Below the pieces are notes generated by a model. The model did no database searches. It was not told the origin of the DNA and worked only from the letters and a program-made list of their open reading frames with translations. A program made the position numbers and the translations under genes. This document shows positions 1 through 8,293 of a stretch of 64,000 nucleotides of DNA, piece after piece (the first letter of the stretch is position 1; each line of letters opens with the position of its first letter). This DNA is from Candidatus Woesearchaeota archaeon (GTDB lineage: Archaea; Nanobdellota; Nanobdellia; SCGC-AAA011-G17; JACPIM01). The stretch lies in the NCBI GenBank assembly GCA_043817645.1, contig JBDRGP010000029.1:58226-122225 (forward strand), in the 5' to 3' direction.

Positions 1-342
1 AACCTCAAAACCCTTACCTCCAAGATACCTACAAGTCTCTAAAATACAAGGATGTTCAACTTTTGTTGTTATAATATGCCCCTTTCCTTTTGAAAGAGCC
101 AATCCTTTCAAGACAGTATTATTTGACTCAGAACCGCAACTAGTAAAAACAATTTCCTCTGGCTTTGCACCAATAGCCTTAGCAACAATCTTTCTTGAAC
201 TATCTAGAGCCTCTTTTGCCTCTGATCCAAAATCATGAACAGAAGAAGGATTACCATACTTTTCAGTAAGATAAACATCCATTACTTTAGCAACTTCAGG
301 ATCTACCTTAGTTGTTGCTCCATTATCCAAATAAACTTTCAT
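1..342 (-). CDS. iscS: Cysteine desulfurase (IscS/NifS family), N-terminal part; the 3' end runs off the window edge
   Basis: The reverse-strand translation starts MKVYLDNGATTKVDPEVAKVMDVYLTEKYGNPSSVHDFGSEAKEALDSSRKIVAKAIGA...FTSCGSESNN, the classic class-V aminotransferase/NifS N-terminus. Its ATG overlaps the stop of the upstream regulator ORF (ATGA at 339-342). Confidence 0.85.
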   Translation of the reverse strand, partial: MKVYLDNGATTKVDPEVAKVMDVYLTEKYGNPSSVHDFGSEAKEALDSSRKIVAKAIGAKPEEIVFTSCGSESNNTVLKGLALSKGKGHIITTKVEHPCILETCRYLGGKGFEV

Positions 343-728
343 TTCCTATCCTCGCAACAATTAACCAATACCGGCCTACATTGCTCAGTCACATTACAGA
401 ACTGTCTATGAATCCTACATAGCTCTCCTGAATCCTTTACAACCCTCAACAATCTCTGAATTTCTCTCAAAACTGAAAACTTATCATCTATATTTGAAGC
501 AGATTTGGAAATTTCTTCCAAAATGGACTTATTAAACTTTACTTTTGCCCCTCTTTTTTTACTGATATATTGACTCACAGCAGCCCTATCTATCTGCAGT
601 AATTCAGCTATCCTGCTCTGTTTTAACCCACCAGATTTCATATAAACAGCCAAATACCTCCTGATGGTAGGTATTACATAAAATACTTCAATCTCCTGAG
701 GCAATAAAAATCCATTTTTGTTAACCAT
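339..728 (-). CDS. HTH transcriptional regulator (sigma-70 region-4 / DUF134-like helix-turn-helix) with a C-terminal Cys-rich tail; translationally coupled to iscS
   Basis: 129 aa. The HTH segment is GLKQSRIAELLQIDRAAVSQYISKKRG. The C-terminus is CRIHRQFCNVTEQCRPVLVNCC, with 5 Cys. The 4-nt overlap is with the iscS start. Confidence 0.55.
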   Translation of the reverse strand: MVNKNGFLLPQEIEVFYVIPTIRRYLAVYMKSGGLKQSRIAELLQIDRAAVSQYISKKRGAKVKFNKSILEEISKSASNIDDKFSVLREIQRLLRVVKDSGELCRIHRQFCNVTEQCRPVLVNCCEDRK

Positions 729-781
729 AGTTAAAAGTAACGATAGTTAACATTTATAAATATTTCTATCAACTAAAATTC

Positions 782-1795
782 TCAAGTTTCAACTTCAATT
801 AGACCATCTTTAACCTTAAACTTAACATCCAAGAACTTCTTAATAATCTCAATATTGGTTTTAGCATGCTCTGTCATCTCTAAAAACTTAAACTTTCCAC
901 CTTTACCAAAAGCCAAAAAAGGCAATAACTGATCTAACATAAACCCATCCACCGTTGCTTTACCATCTACATACCTTAACAATCCCTCGGCACATTCCCT
1001 ACCAATAACCTCGCTTTGTTTACCTCTCTCGCCTACAACATCATAACCAACCAAACTATCTTCAAAATCAAACTTACACAAAATACCAGAACCAGGACAA
1101 ACAGAATCAACATACTCTACTTTCCGTCTAATAGGAATATCAGAGAACTTTCTTCCAATTAAACCCACAGCAGATTGAGATTGTCTTTCAGCAACATTAG
1201 CTTTTTTTAAATGTGAAGATGCAATAGAAAATAAACCAATGCTATTTAACTCTCTTCTCTCAATCAAATCCAAATATTCTAATTTAGTTTTTTTAATTTT
1301 AGAATCAACAATAGCACCGCCCTTAGGATAAAATCCATTTCTTAAAACCTCTATATTATTTTTTAATCCAATTTTTTCTAATAAAGGTAAAAAAACTTCT
1401 TGTAAGTATAAGATGCTCGGAGCATACAAATTCCAAGTACCACCACCAATTATTCTTACATTTAAATCACTATTCAAACTAGCTAAAAAAAGAGTTTGCA
1501 ATATCAATGCTGTAGAGCCAGCAGTTCTAACCTGAATTTTTAATTTCTTTTTTGTTATCTTGCCAGGGATAAATTTCAATTCTTTGCTATACAACTCGTC
1601 CCCAGAAACCTCAGCATCGCACAATTTTTTAACAGATTTAATAGCCTGTAAATGTTGTTCCCTTAATCCGGGATTCTCTCTTTTTGCTCTGATATTTTTA
1701 ATTGTAAAAGATTGTTGAGTTAAGGCTGAGAGGCCTAAGGATGTCCTAAGTATTTGTCCTCCACCTTCCAAAACGCTTCCATCAATAGTTATCAT
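782..1795 (-). CDS. rtcA: RNA 3'-terminal phosphate cyclase
   Basis: 337 aa. The N-terminus MITIDGSVLEGGGQILRTSLGLSALTQQSFTIKNIRAKRENPGLREQHLQAIK matches the RtcA signature. Confidence 0.9.
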   Translation of the reverse strand: MITIDGSVLEGGGQILRTSLGLSALTQQSFTIKNIRAKRENPGLREQHLQAIKSVKKLCDAEVSGDELYSKELKFIPGKITKKKLKIQVRTAGSTALILQTLFLASLNSDLNVRIIGGGTWNLYAPSILYLQEVFLPLLEKIGLKNNIEVLRNGFYPKGGAIVDSKIKKTKLEYLDLIERRELNSIGLFSIASSHLKKANVAERQSQSAVGLIGRKFSDIPIRRKVEYVDSVCPGSGILCKFDFEDSLVGYDVVGERGKQSEVIGRECAEGLLRYVDGKATVDGFMLDQLLPFLAFGKGGKFKFLEMTEHAKTNIEIIKKFLDVKFKVKDGLIEVET

Positions 1796-1874
1796 CTCTC
1801 AAAATAAGGGTTTTCTCACTTTTAATAGTTTACCAAAAGCAACTCTTAAATATACATAAAAACTAATAAAATCT

Positions 1875-2231
1875 ATGTCTCTAAAGTTCATTATAGGAAT
1901 TATTCAAATAGTTTTATCCTTAATTCTTATCGCAGGGATGGTAATAGGCTTAACAACAATAAGATCGACAGTTAAAGAAGGTATTCAAGCAGGCTCACCA
2001 AGGATCCCAGAAAATTTAAGATCTCAAATAGATCTTTCAACCATAAACAAAATAGTCATAAGTTCGAGTGTTTTATTTGGAGTAATAGGAATTTTATTTT
2101 TACTACAAGGCCTCATAAACCTAAAAAAAGAAACTCCTAAAATAGAACCTCCTAAAACCAGTTCGAATAAAAAAGAAATTAAACCAACAACTCAAGTAGA
2201 TGTAAAAGAAGATATTCCTGATGAATATTGA
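1875..2231 (+). CDS. Small membrane protein, hypothetical
   Basis: 118 aa with two hydrophobic helices and a Lys/Pro-rich C-terminus. No recognisable family. Confidence 0.4.
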   Translation: MSLKFIIGIIQIVLSLILIAGMVIGLTTIRSTVKEGIQAGSPRIPENLRSQIDLSTINKIVISSSVLFGVIGILFLLQGLINLKKETPKIEPPKTSSNKKEIKPTTQVDVKEDIPDEY

Positions 2232-2921
2232 TCATTTTTTCATATAAAACTTTCTTTTATCTTCGTCAAACCTTTCTATAGCATACCTTAACATTGTTCT
2301 TGGCATTTTTTTATAATATTTTTTCAAAAACCTTTCTTCTTCCTTTTGATCTTTTTTTCCAACCTCTCTTAACATCCACCCAACAGCCTTATGAATTAAA
2401 TCATGCTTATCTTTCAATAAAATCTCAGAAATCTTAAAAGTATCCTCAAATTCTCCATTTCTTATAAAAACAAAAGTTGAAATTACAGATATTCTTTTTT
2501 CCCATAAATCACTAGAATTAGCTAATTTGTAAAGTACCGAACGGTCTTTATCAAGTAAGTAAGGACCTAAAAGCTTAGGCGCAGTTAAATCCACCAGATC
2601 CCAATTATTCACGTACTTTGTATGAGATAAATAAAAGTCAATAATTTTTTTATCAAATGTTTTTTGGTAATTATCAACAAGAATTAAAAGTGCTACTAAT
2701 CTTTCTTCATGAATCCTACTCAAAAGCAATTTTTTTATATCGCTAAATTGAATATCTTTATATTTTTTAGTAATAGCTCTTGAATCTCCAACTGGGATCC
2801 CAAGAAAAATATCCCCTTCTCCATACTGACCTTTTCCTGTTTTAAAAAAATTTGAAAGAATTTTTGCTTTTTCTGGGTTTTTTAATTGTTGGAGTTCTTT
2901 TTTGAGATTTGATAAAGTCAT
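2232..2921 (-). CDS. DNA alkylation repair protein (AlkD-like HEAT-repeat glycosylase family)
   Basis: 229 aa. The N-terminus ELQQLKNPEKAKILSNFFKTGKGQYGEGDIFLGIPV matches the conserved start of the DNA alkylation repair enzyme family. Confidence 0.7.
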   Translation of the reverse strand: MTLSNLKKELQQLKNPEKAKILSNFFKTGKGQYGEGDIFLGIPVGDSRAITKKYKDIQFSDIKKLLLSRIHEERLVALLILVDNYQKTFDKKIIDFYLSHTKYVNNWDLVDLTAPKLLGPYLLDKDRSVLYKLANSSDLWEKRISVISTFVFIRNGEFEDTFKISEILLKDKHDLIHKAVGWMLREVGKKDQKEEERFLKKYYKKMPRTMLRYAIERFDEDKRKFYMKK

Positions 2922-3063
2922 AGTAAAATCTACTCTTTAAATGTTCTATTTAATATTATGCATACCTGAACGTAGTGAAGGCGAAGAGCAAAGCGACGCA
3001 GAGTTTTAGGCAACCAAAAGATTTATAGATAAGTTAAACTTAGTTAAAATAAGGTGAAATAAA

Positions 3064-3297
3064 ATGGTACAAGCATTAGTTCAAATCAATGAAAATACGA
3101 ATCGGGTATTAAACGTGGTAAAGGCGAAATATGGGCTGAGAGATAAAGGCGAGGCCATACAATTTGTAGTAACTAAGTATATTGAAGATGAGAATGAACC
3201 CGAGTTAAGACCGGAGTTTATAGAAAAGATGAAGAGGGTAGAGAAGCAAAAGAGTATTCGGGTGAAGGGTTTTGCTAAAAAATATGGGTCTACGTAA
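3064..3297 (+). CDS. Small ribbon-helix-helix-like (CopG/antitoxin-like) protein
   Basis: 77 aa. A predicted beta-strand QALVQI is followed by two helices (NRVLNVVKAKYGL / DKGEAIQFVVTKYI). The stop codon is embedded in a perfect 19-nt palindrome at 3288-3306. Confidence 0.4.
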   Translation: MVQALVQINENTNRVLNVVKAKYGLRDKGEAIQFVVTKYIEDENEPELRPEFIEKMKRVEKQKSIRVKGFAKKYGST

Positions 3298-3381
3298 TAC
3301 GTAGACTAGAAATCTTTGATTTCGTTAATAAATAATTTGATTTTCAATTAATCTTCTATTAAAATTAATTCATTCAAAATA

Positions 3382-3792
3382 TTAGACACGACGTCCACGC
3401 CTAAAGTGCTTTTTTCTGCAACCATCAGTAGGAGTAGCAGTAACATCCTCAATAACACCAATTCTTAAACCCATTCTAGATAAAGCTCTTATAGCGGCTT
3501 GTGCACCAGGACCAGGATTATTAGGCCCATTATGCCCGCCAGGAGCTCTAATTTTAATATGAATAGCATTCACACCTTTCTCAAGAGCAGCCTCTCCTGC
3601 AATTTTAGCAGCATTTGTTGCAGCAGTAGGAGAACTTTCTAATCTATGTGCTTTAACAACCATGCCGCCAGAGGCTTTCGCTATTGTTTCAGAACCTGTA
3701 ATATCCGTAATATGGATTATACTATTATTATAACTGGCATAGATATGACAAACTCCCCATCTCATTGGTCTTTGCTCTTTTTGAAATACCAT
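3382..3792 (-). CDS. rps11: 30S ribosomal protein S11 (uS11)
   Basis: [110 protein letters not shown] is the canonical uS11. Confidence 0.9.
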   Translation of the reverse strand: MVFQKEQRPMRWGVCHIYASYNNSIIHITDITGSETIAKASGGMVVKAHRLESSPTAATNAAKIAGEAALEKGVNAIHIKIRAPGGHNGPNNPGPGAQAAIRALSRMGLRIGVIEDVTATPTDGCRKKHFRRGRRV

Positions 3793-3865
3793 ATCAAAAA
3801 TCTGCGAATATTTGTTTATAAACTTTATGAAAACCTTTAAAAATGAATTTATCTTTATTCAGAGA

Positions 3866-3964
3866 AGCAGAGTAGAACAGAATTGCCTTAAAGGTAGTGT
3901 TCAATCAGGAGTGTTCGCTGGGCTCATAACCCAGAGGTCGTTGGTTCAAATCCAACCTCTGCTA
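3866..3964 (+). tRNA. Initiator tRNA-Met (anticodon CAT, 3925-3927) with an apparent ~24-nt insertion in the D-loop (non-canonical intron)
   Basis: Folded by hand. The acceptor is agcagag/ctctgct with an A1:U72 pair. The D-stem is gaac(3875-78)/gttc(3913-16). The anticodon arm is ctggg-CTCATAA-cccag, with the GGG:CCC pairs typical of archaeal initiator tRNA. The T-arm is gttgg-TTCAAAT-ccaac and the discriminator is A. 34 nt lie between the D-stem halves, where 8-11 are expected. Confidence 0.65.
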
Positions 3965-3970
3965 GCGAAT

Positions 3971-4002
3971 CCAGGAGTTTTACTACTCTTGGATTTTTTT
4001 TA
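3971..4002 (+). terminator. Hairpin (ccaggag...ctcttgg) followed by a T9 tract immediately 3' of the tRNA
   Basis: The hairpin has a 7-bp stem with one G:U. A T-run follows, as is typical of archaeal termination signals. Confidence 0.45.
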
Positions 4003-4078
4003 TTTACTTTTTGCCATTCTCTAAATTTTTTAATGTGCTTCGACTGCCTAAATTTAATAATTCTTATTGTGATACTTT

Positions 4079-4276
4079 TTAACCCTTATTTTTAATCTTC
4101 AAATAGCGTCCAACAGACAATTTACAAGCCCTAGCATTCCTTATTTGACTATCAATAATTACCTTCTGTTGTTCACTCCAAACTTCATCAGGATTATTTT
4201 TAACATAATTAGCCCAGTAGTCTACAAAGTTCATCCTATCTTCTTTATTATCCCTACCAGGTTTAAGTTTTTTCAT
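4079..4276 (-). CDS. Hypothetical small protein
   Basis: 65 aa. It overlaps the upstream nucleotidyltransferase ORF by 14 nt. No recognisable family. Confidence 0.35.
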   Translation of the reverse strand: MKKLKPGRDNKEDRMNFVDYWANYVKNNPDEVWSEQQKVIIDSQIRNARACKLSVGRYLKIKNKG

Positions 4277-4889
4277 TTTCTATAAGTCTCTTATAATCAT
4301 CAATCTTTTTAAAATCTATCTTTTCTCCAAACACTTCTTCAATATGCTTCGCATCTTCTAAATCCTTATCAGATTTTAAATAATACTTCTTGAAGGCTAT
4401 TTGCTTCTCCAATGAAGAAACATAAACCTCACTAAGTTTAGTTATAACAGTAATCCTATCGCTGAACGTTTCTTTTGCTAACCTATCTTTCGCAACTTTA
4501 ACTTCAAAATTTGGAATAGTTTCATTTTTTAAAGCAAAGCGTATTGCCAGATCATCCATTAGATATTTATACATTTCATCAACATTACTCGTATTTAAAC
4601 ACCAGAATCCATTTTCTATTAAATCACTACAAAGAAGATTAAACTTCTCTTTATTTACTTCCTTAATAAAAACGTCTACGTCCTCAGTAGACCTGGACCT
4701 CCCAAACAAAATAGAAACATATCCGCTAACAATAACGTAATCTGTATGCTTTTCCAGTATTTTTGTAAACTTGACCACAAATCTATCTAATTCATTTATG
4801 ACCTTGTCTAACCTTATAGTGCTCTTGTCAATAAATTCCATAGAATAAATAAAGTCTTTAATTTTATAAACCCTGCGCGTGTTTGTCAC
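4263..4889 (-). CDS. Nucleotidyltransferase-fold protein (Pol-beta-like NTase domain)
   Basis: 208 aa. VIVSGYVSILFGRSRSTEDVDVFI fits the hG[GS]x9-13Dh[DE]h NTase signature. Confidence 0.55.
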   Translation of the reverse strand: MTNTRRVYKIKDFIYSMEFIDKSTIRLDKVINELDRFVVKFTKILEKHTDYVIVSGYVSILFGRSRSTEDVDVFIKEVNKEKFNLLCSDLIENGFWCLNTSNVDEMYKYLMDDLAIRFALKNETIPNFEVKVAKDRLAKETFSDRITVITKLSEVYVSSLEKQIAFKKYYLKSDKDLEDAKHIEEVFGEKIDFKKIDDYKRLIENEKT

Positions 4890-4962
4890 GTATGCGTCGT
4901 TCAGAAAATATATATTGAAGAATACATAACAAAATAATACCAGTAAGGCCTAACTAAAACAA

Positions 4963-5223
4963 ATGGAAATCAAAAAGAAAGCCTGGCCAGAATTATTCCA
5001 AGCTGTTTTAGAAGGAAAAAAGAAATTTGATCTTAGATTGGCAGATTTTGAATGCGCTCCAGGAGATACACTAATTCTTGAAGAATGGGATCCAGATACT
5101 AAATCCTACACAGGAAGAAAAATAGAAAAGAAAATAACCTATATCCTTAAAACAAAAGACCTAAAATTTTGGCCTAAGGAAGATATAGAAAAACACGGAT
5201 TTCAGGTCATGTCTTTTGAATAA
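4963..5223 (+). CDS. DUF3850 / ASCH-PUA-like small RNA-binding-fold protein
   Basis: 86 aa. WPELFQAVLEGKKKFDLRLADFECAPGDTLILEEWDPDTKSYTGRKIEKKITYIL matches the conserved DUF3850 pattern (WPEYFEAV..GKKTFE.R..D..F.VGD.L.L.EY). Confidence 0.6.
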   Translation: MEIKKKAWPELFQAVLEGKKKFDLRLADFECAPGDTLILEEWDPDTKSYTGRKIEKKITYILKTKDLKFWPKEDIEKHGFQVMSFE

Positions 5224-5227
5224 TATT

Positions 5228-5370
5228 CAAGTCTTACCAGCAATACAATTAGCACATAAACTTCTTTCTCTACTAAAGCACAAATCACACACTAAAGACC
5301 CACAGCGTATACAACTATTCTCACCTATATTCTTACCACACGCAATACAGATTTTAACCTGCTCGACCAT
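5228..5370 (-). CDS. Small zinc-ribbon protein (four CxxC pairs), not in the ORF track
   Basis: The reverse-strand translation is MVEQVKICIACGKNIGENSCIRCGSLVCDLCFSRERSLCANCIAGKT (47 aa). Confidence 0.4.
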
Positions 5371-5414
5371 ATAATTTCATAACAGTTATATACTATTTAA
5401 TCCTTTCTTTTCGT

Positions 5415-6263
5415 ATGTCTCAGGACGTAATATTTTACTATGTAAAGGTATTTCCAAAACTAAAGAAATTCCTAAAAAACAGGGAAATAGCCACCATTAT
5501 GAAGCTAAAAGACACTGAAATAGTAAGAAGAGGCTCAAATCACCCTCCTTTATACATAAAAGACCTAAAAAAAATCAACAAAAAGTTCCAGGAACTAAGA
5601 AAAGGCAACATCCACCTAAAAGACATAGAATCCCAATTGTCCAATATCCAAATAAAAATTTGGCAATATTTCGTTCCTAGAAAACTCATAGAGCTACATT
5701 ACGCAGTCAATCAAGAACACCCAAATAAACCCTTAGAAAGAGTATATTTTGACATAGACAGAAAAGACATTCCAGCAGAAAAAGCACAATTAGTAGCCCT
5801 AAAATTAATAGAAACCATAAAAAAAGATAAAACCTTCAGATTAGAGTATAAAATATTTCCTATGTGGACAGGAAACTCCTTCCATATATACCTTTTATTA
5901 AAAAAGAAAATTCCTCATTCTTTTTATGAAAAAAACTTCCATGTAGATATAAACCACCAAAAAGACTCCTTTACTGGAAGATGGGCTCTTAAAATAAACA
6001 AAGAACTAAAAAACATTAAAGTAGTAGCAGGCCATCAGAAAAAACAAGGCTATATCAACATAGATCCTTCACAATCACCATCAGGTAAAATTTCTCGTTC
6101 TCCCCTTTCCTTATACATAAAAAATTATTCTTCAATAAGGGGTATTGCCCTCCCCTTAACCATAGAAGACTTAAAAAATAAAAACCTAATAAAAGAATTA
6201 AGGGGTTACACTATAGAAAAAGTTATAAAAAATCTCAATAAACTAGCTAAAAAATTACCATGA
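5415..6263 (+). CDS. Archaeo-eukaryotic primase (AEP) catalytic-subunit-like protein (PriS-like)
   Basis: 282 aa. It has a motif I DxD (RVYFDIDRKD), a motif II SGxxxH-like (MWTGNSFHIY) about 40 residues later, and a motif III hD (YINIDPS). The spacing is consistent with PriS. Confidence 0.5.
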   Translation: MSQDVIFYYVKVFPKLKKFLKNREIATIMKLKDTEIVRRGSNHPPLYIKDLKKINKKFQELRKGNIHLKDIESQLSNIQIKIWQYFVPRKLIELHYAVNQEHPNKPLERVYFDIDRKDIPAEKAQLVALKLIETIKKDKTFRLEYKIFPMWTGNSFHIYLLLKKKIPHSFYEKNFHVDINHQKDSFTGRWALKINKELKNIKVVAGHQKKQGYINIDPSQSPSGKISRSPLSLYIKNYSSIRGIALPLTIEDLKNKNLIKELRGYTIEKVIKNLNKLAKKLP

Positions 6264-6652
6264 CCACCTTAACAATAAAACACATCAATGTAACTAATTT
6301 CAAACCAAAAGAGATTAGAGCACAATTAGAGATAGGATTTGATAAGGGAGACAAACCCCAAACCATAAATAAAGAATATCTCTTAAAAAATCCAGAAGAA
6401 CTTCTAACACAAATATTTTTAGACATAAAATCAAAAGACAGAGTAATAATCGATGATCCAACTTTAGACCCGGTAGAAAAATTAGAGATCTATTCTCCGA
6501 TTATTATAAAAGATGAAGAGCAAGTAGAAGCAAAAATCTATCAGTTCATAAAACAATTATGTGAAAAAGCAGCGCATATAAAAAACACAAGAGACGCTAA
6601 AGTACATATGAAATTATTTGATGAGTTTAAGACTGCTTCTTTGCAGATATAA
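6260..6652 (+). CDS. Hypothetical protein translationally coupled to the AEP primase (possible small primase partner)
   Basis: 130 aa, overlapping the primase by ATGA. No recognisable family. Confidence 0.4.
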   Translation: MTTLTIKHINVTNFKPKEIRAQLEIGFDKGDKPQTINKEYLLKNPEELLTQIFLDIKSKDRVIIDDPTLDPVEKLEIYSPIIIKDEEQVEAKIYQFIKQLCEKAAHIKNTRDAKVHMKLFDEFKTASLQI

Positions 6653-6691
6653 CAAAAAAAGTTTAAATACACTAAAAGCTAAAAATAAAAG

Positions 6692-7660
6692 ATGATATGC
6701 CTATCTTTAGAAGGGACCGCCCATACGGCAGGGTGTGCAATAGTAACAAGTAAAGGAAATATCCTATCAGATATTAGGGATATGTACACTAAAGAAACAG
6801 GAGGAATAATCCCATCAGAAGCAGCACAGCATCATAAAAAAGTATTCCCCGGATTAATTAAAAAAGCAATAAAAGAAGCAAATATTAAAAAAATAGACTT
6901 AGTGGCTTATTCAAAATCACCAGGACTTCCACCATCACTAAAAGAAACCCTAAATGCAGCAAAAGATATAGCAAAAGATCTAAATGCACCATTAATCGGT
7001 GTAAATCATTGTATCTCTCACCTTTCATCTGCGCATTTCTTCACAAAAACAAAAAATCCCATATACGTTTTTGTTTCCGGCGCCAATACACAAATAATTT
7101 CTTTAGAGGGTGAAAGATTTAGGCTACTAGGAGAATGTATTGACATGGGTTTAGGAAACGCCTTAGATAAGTTTGGTAGATCTATAAACCTAGGTTTTCC
7201 AGCAGGCCTAAAAATAGAAGAATTGGCAAAAAAAGGAAAATACATAGAACTACCTTATACAATAAAAGGAATGGACTTATCTTTCTCAGGCATAATCACA
7301 TCAGCAATTGACAAATTTAAAAAAGGAGCTAAAAAAGAAGATCTCTGTTTTTCAATACAAGAAACATTATTTGCAATGCTAACAGAAGTTACAGAAAGAG
7401 CATTAGCGCATACAAGAAAAAATGAAGCGGTTATAATCGGAGGAGTGGCGGCAAATAAAAGACTTTCAGAAATGCTTTCAATAATGTGTAGAGAAAGAAA
7501 TGCTAAGTTTTATGCAGTTCCTTTAAAATATTCTGGAGATAATGCTGCGATGATCGCTATACAAGGAATCTTAGAATACAAAGCAGGAAACCGAACAAAA
7601 CATCCGGACATAGAACCATATCAAAGAATAGATGAAATAAAAGTTAGTTGGAAATACTAA
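6692..7660 (+). CDS. kae1: tRNA N6-adenosine threonylcarbamoyltransferase Kae1 (TsaD family), not fused to Bud32
   Basis: 322 aa. It starts MICLSLEGTAHTAGCAIV and includes NAPLIGVNHCISH; the fold is ASKHA, Kae1-type. Confidence 0.9.
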   Translation: MICLSLEGTAHTAGCAIVTSKGNILSDIRDMYTKETGGIIPSEAAQHHKKVFPGLIKKAIKEANIKKIDLVAYSKSPGLPPSLKETLNAAKDIAKDLNAPLIGVNHCISHLSSAHFFTKTKNPIYVFVSGANTQIISLEGERFRLLGECIDMGLGNALDKFGRSINLGFPAGLKIEELAKKGKYIELPYTIKGMDLSFSGIITSAIDKFKKGAKKEDLCFSIQETLFAMLTEVTERALAHTRKNEAVIIGGVAANKRLSEMLSIMCRERNAKFYAVPLKYSGDNAAMIAIQGILEYKAGNRTKHPDIEPYQRIDEIKVSWKY

Positions 7661-8268
7661 TAACTAGGACCAGTTTGTCCTTGATAAAAAGTTGTACTTC
7701 TTTCTACATCTCCAGGAGATGATTTCACAACCAGAATTTTATCAGAATAGACTCTATTATTTACGCAGTTATTAGTTGGTACACTGCTAGGACAAGCTGT
7801 TATCACATATAAAGCTGGCCTTCTGTCGTAAGGTACCCTAAAAGATGCTTTTCTGGGTGTATAACAATTAGAACCAGAATCACTCTCTCCAGGATTTAAC
7901 TCAAAACCAATTTTACATATATCTCCTATACTATCAACTTTAAGACCACTAATCGCATTCCTAAAGTCTACCTTATCATCCCATATACCATCCTTGTTAG
8001 GATAAATTTCAAAATGTACAACCTGGCCTTGCCTCACAACATATCTGCCGTTCTCATTCACAATATCAGGAGAATCAGGAGAAACAATTTCTATTCGAGT
8101 AGTTTCCTCTTCAGATCTTTCAGCAAAAAATCTCCCACTAGAATAACCACTACCGCTATAACCATAAGCAGTAGCACCAGTATACTGACTAATAAAAGAA
8201 AACACAACTAGCCCAACAACTAATACTAATAAAATTCCCACACCCCTTTTCATAGCATCATAGTCCAT
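7657..8268 (-). CDS. Secreted or membrane-anchored hypothetical protein
   Basis: 203 aa with an N-terminal TM/signal segment and a Gly/Ser/Tyr-rich linker. No recognisable family. Confidence 0.45.
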   Translation of the reverse strand: MDYDAMKRGVGILLVLVVGLVVFSFISQYTGATAYGYSGSGYSSGRFFAERSEEETTRIEIVSPDSPDIVNENGRYVVRQGQVVHFEIYPNKDGIWDDKVDFRNAISGLKVDSIGDICKIGFELNPGESDSGSNCYTPRKASFRVPYDRRPALYVITACPSSVPTNNCVNNRVYSDKILVVKSSPGDVERSTTFYQGQTGPSY

Positions 8269-8293
8269 TTTTTCTTATATAAACCTTATTATT

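Noticed and set aside
3646-4024. ORFs 3646..3840 and 3812..4024 on the plus strand
   Set aside because: They overlap uS11 antisense and run straight through the tRNA-Met gene and its terminator, so they are not coding.
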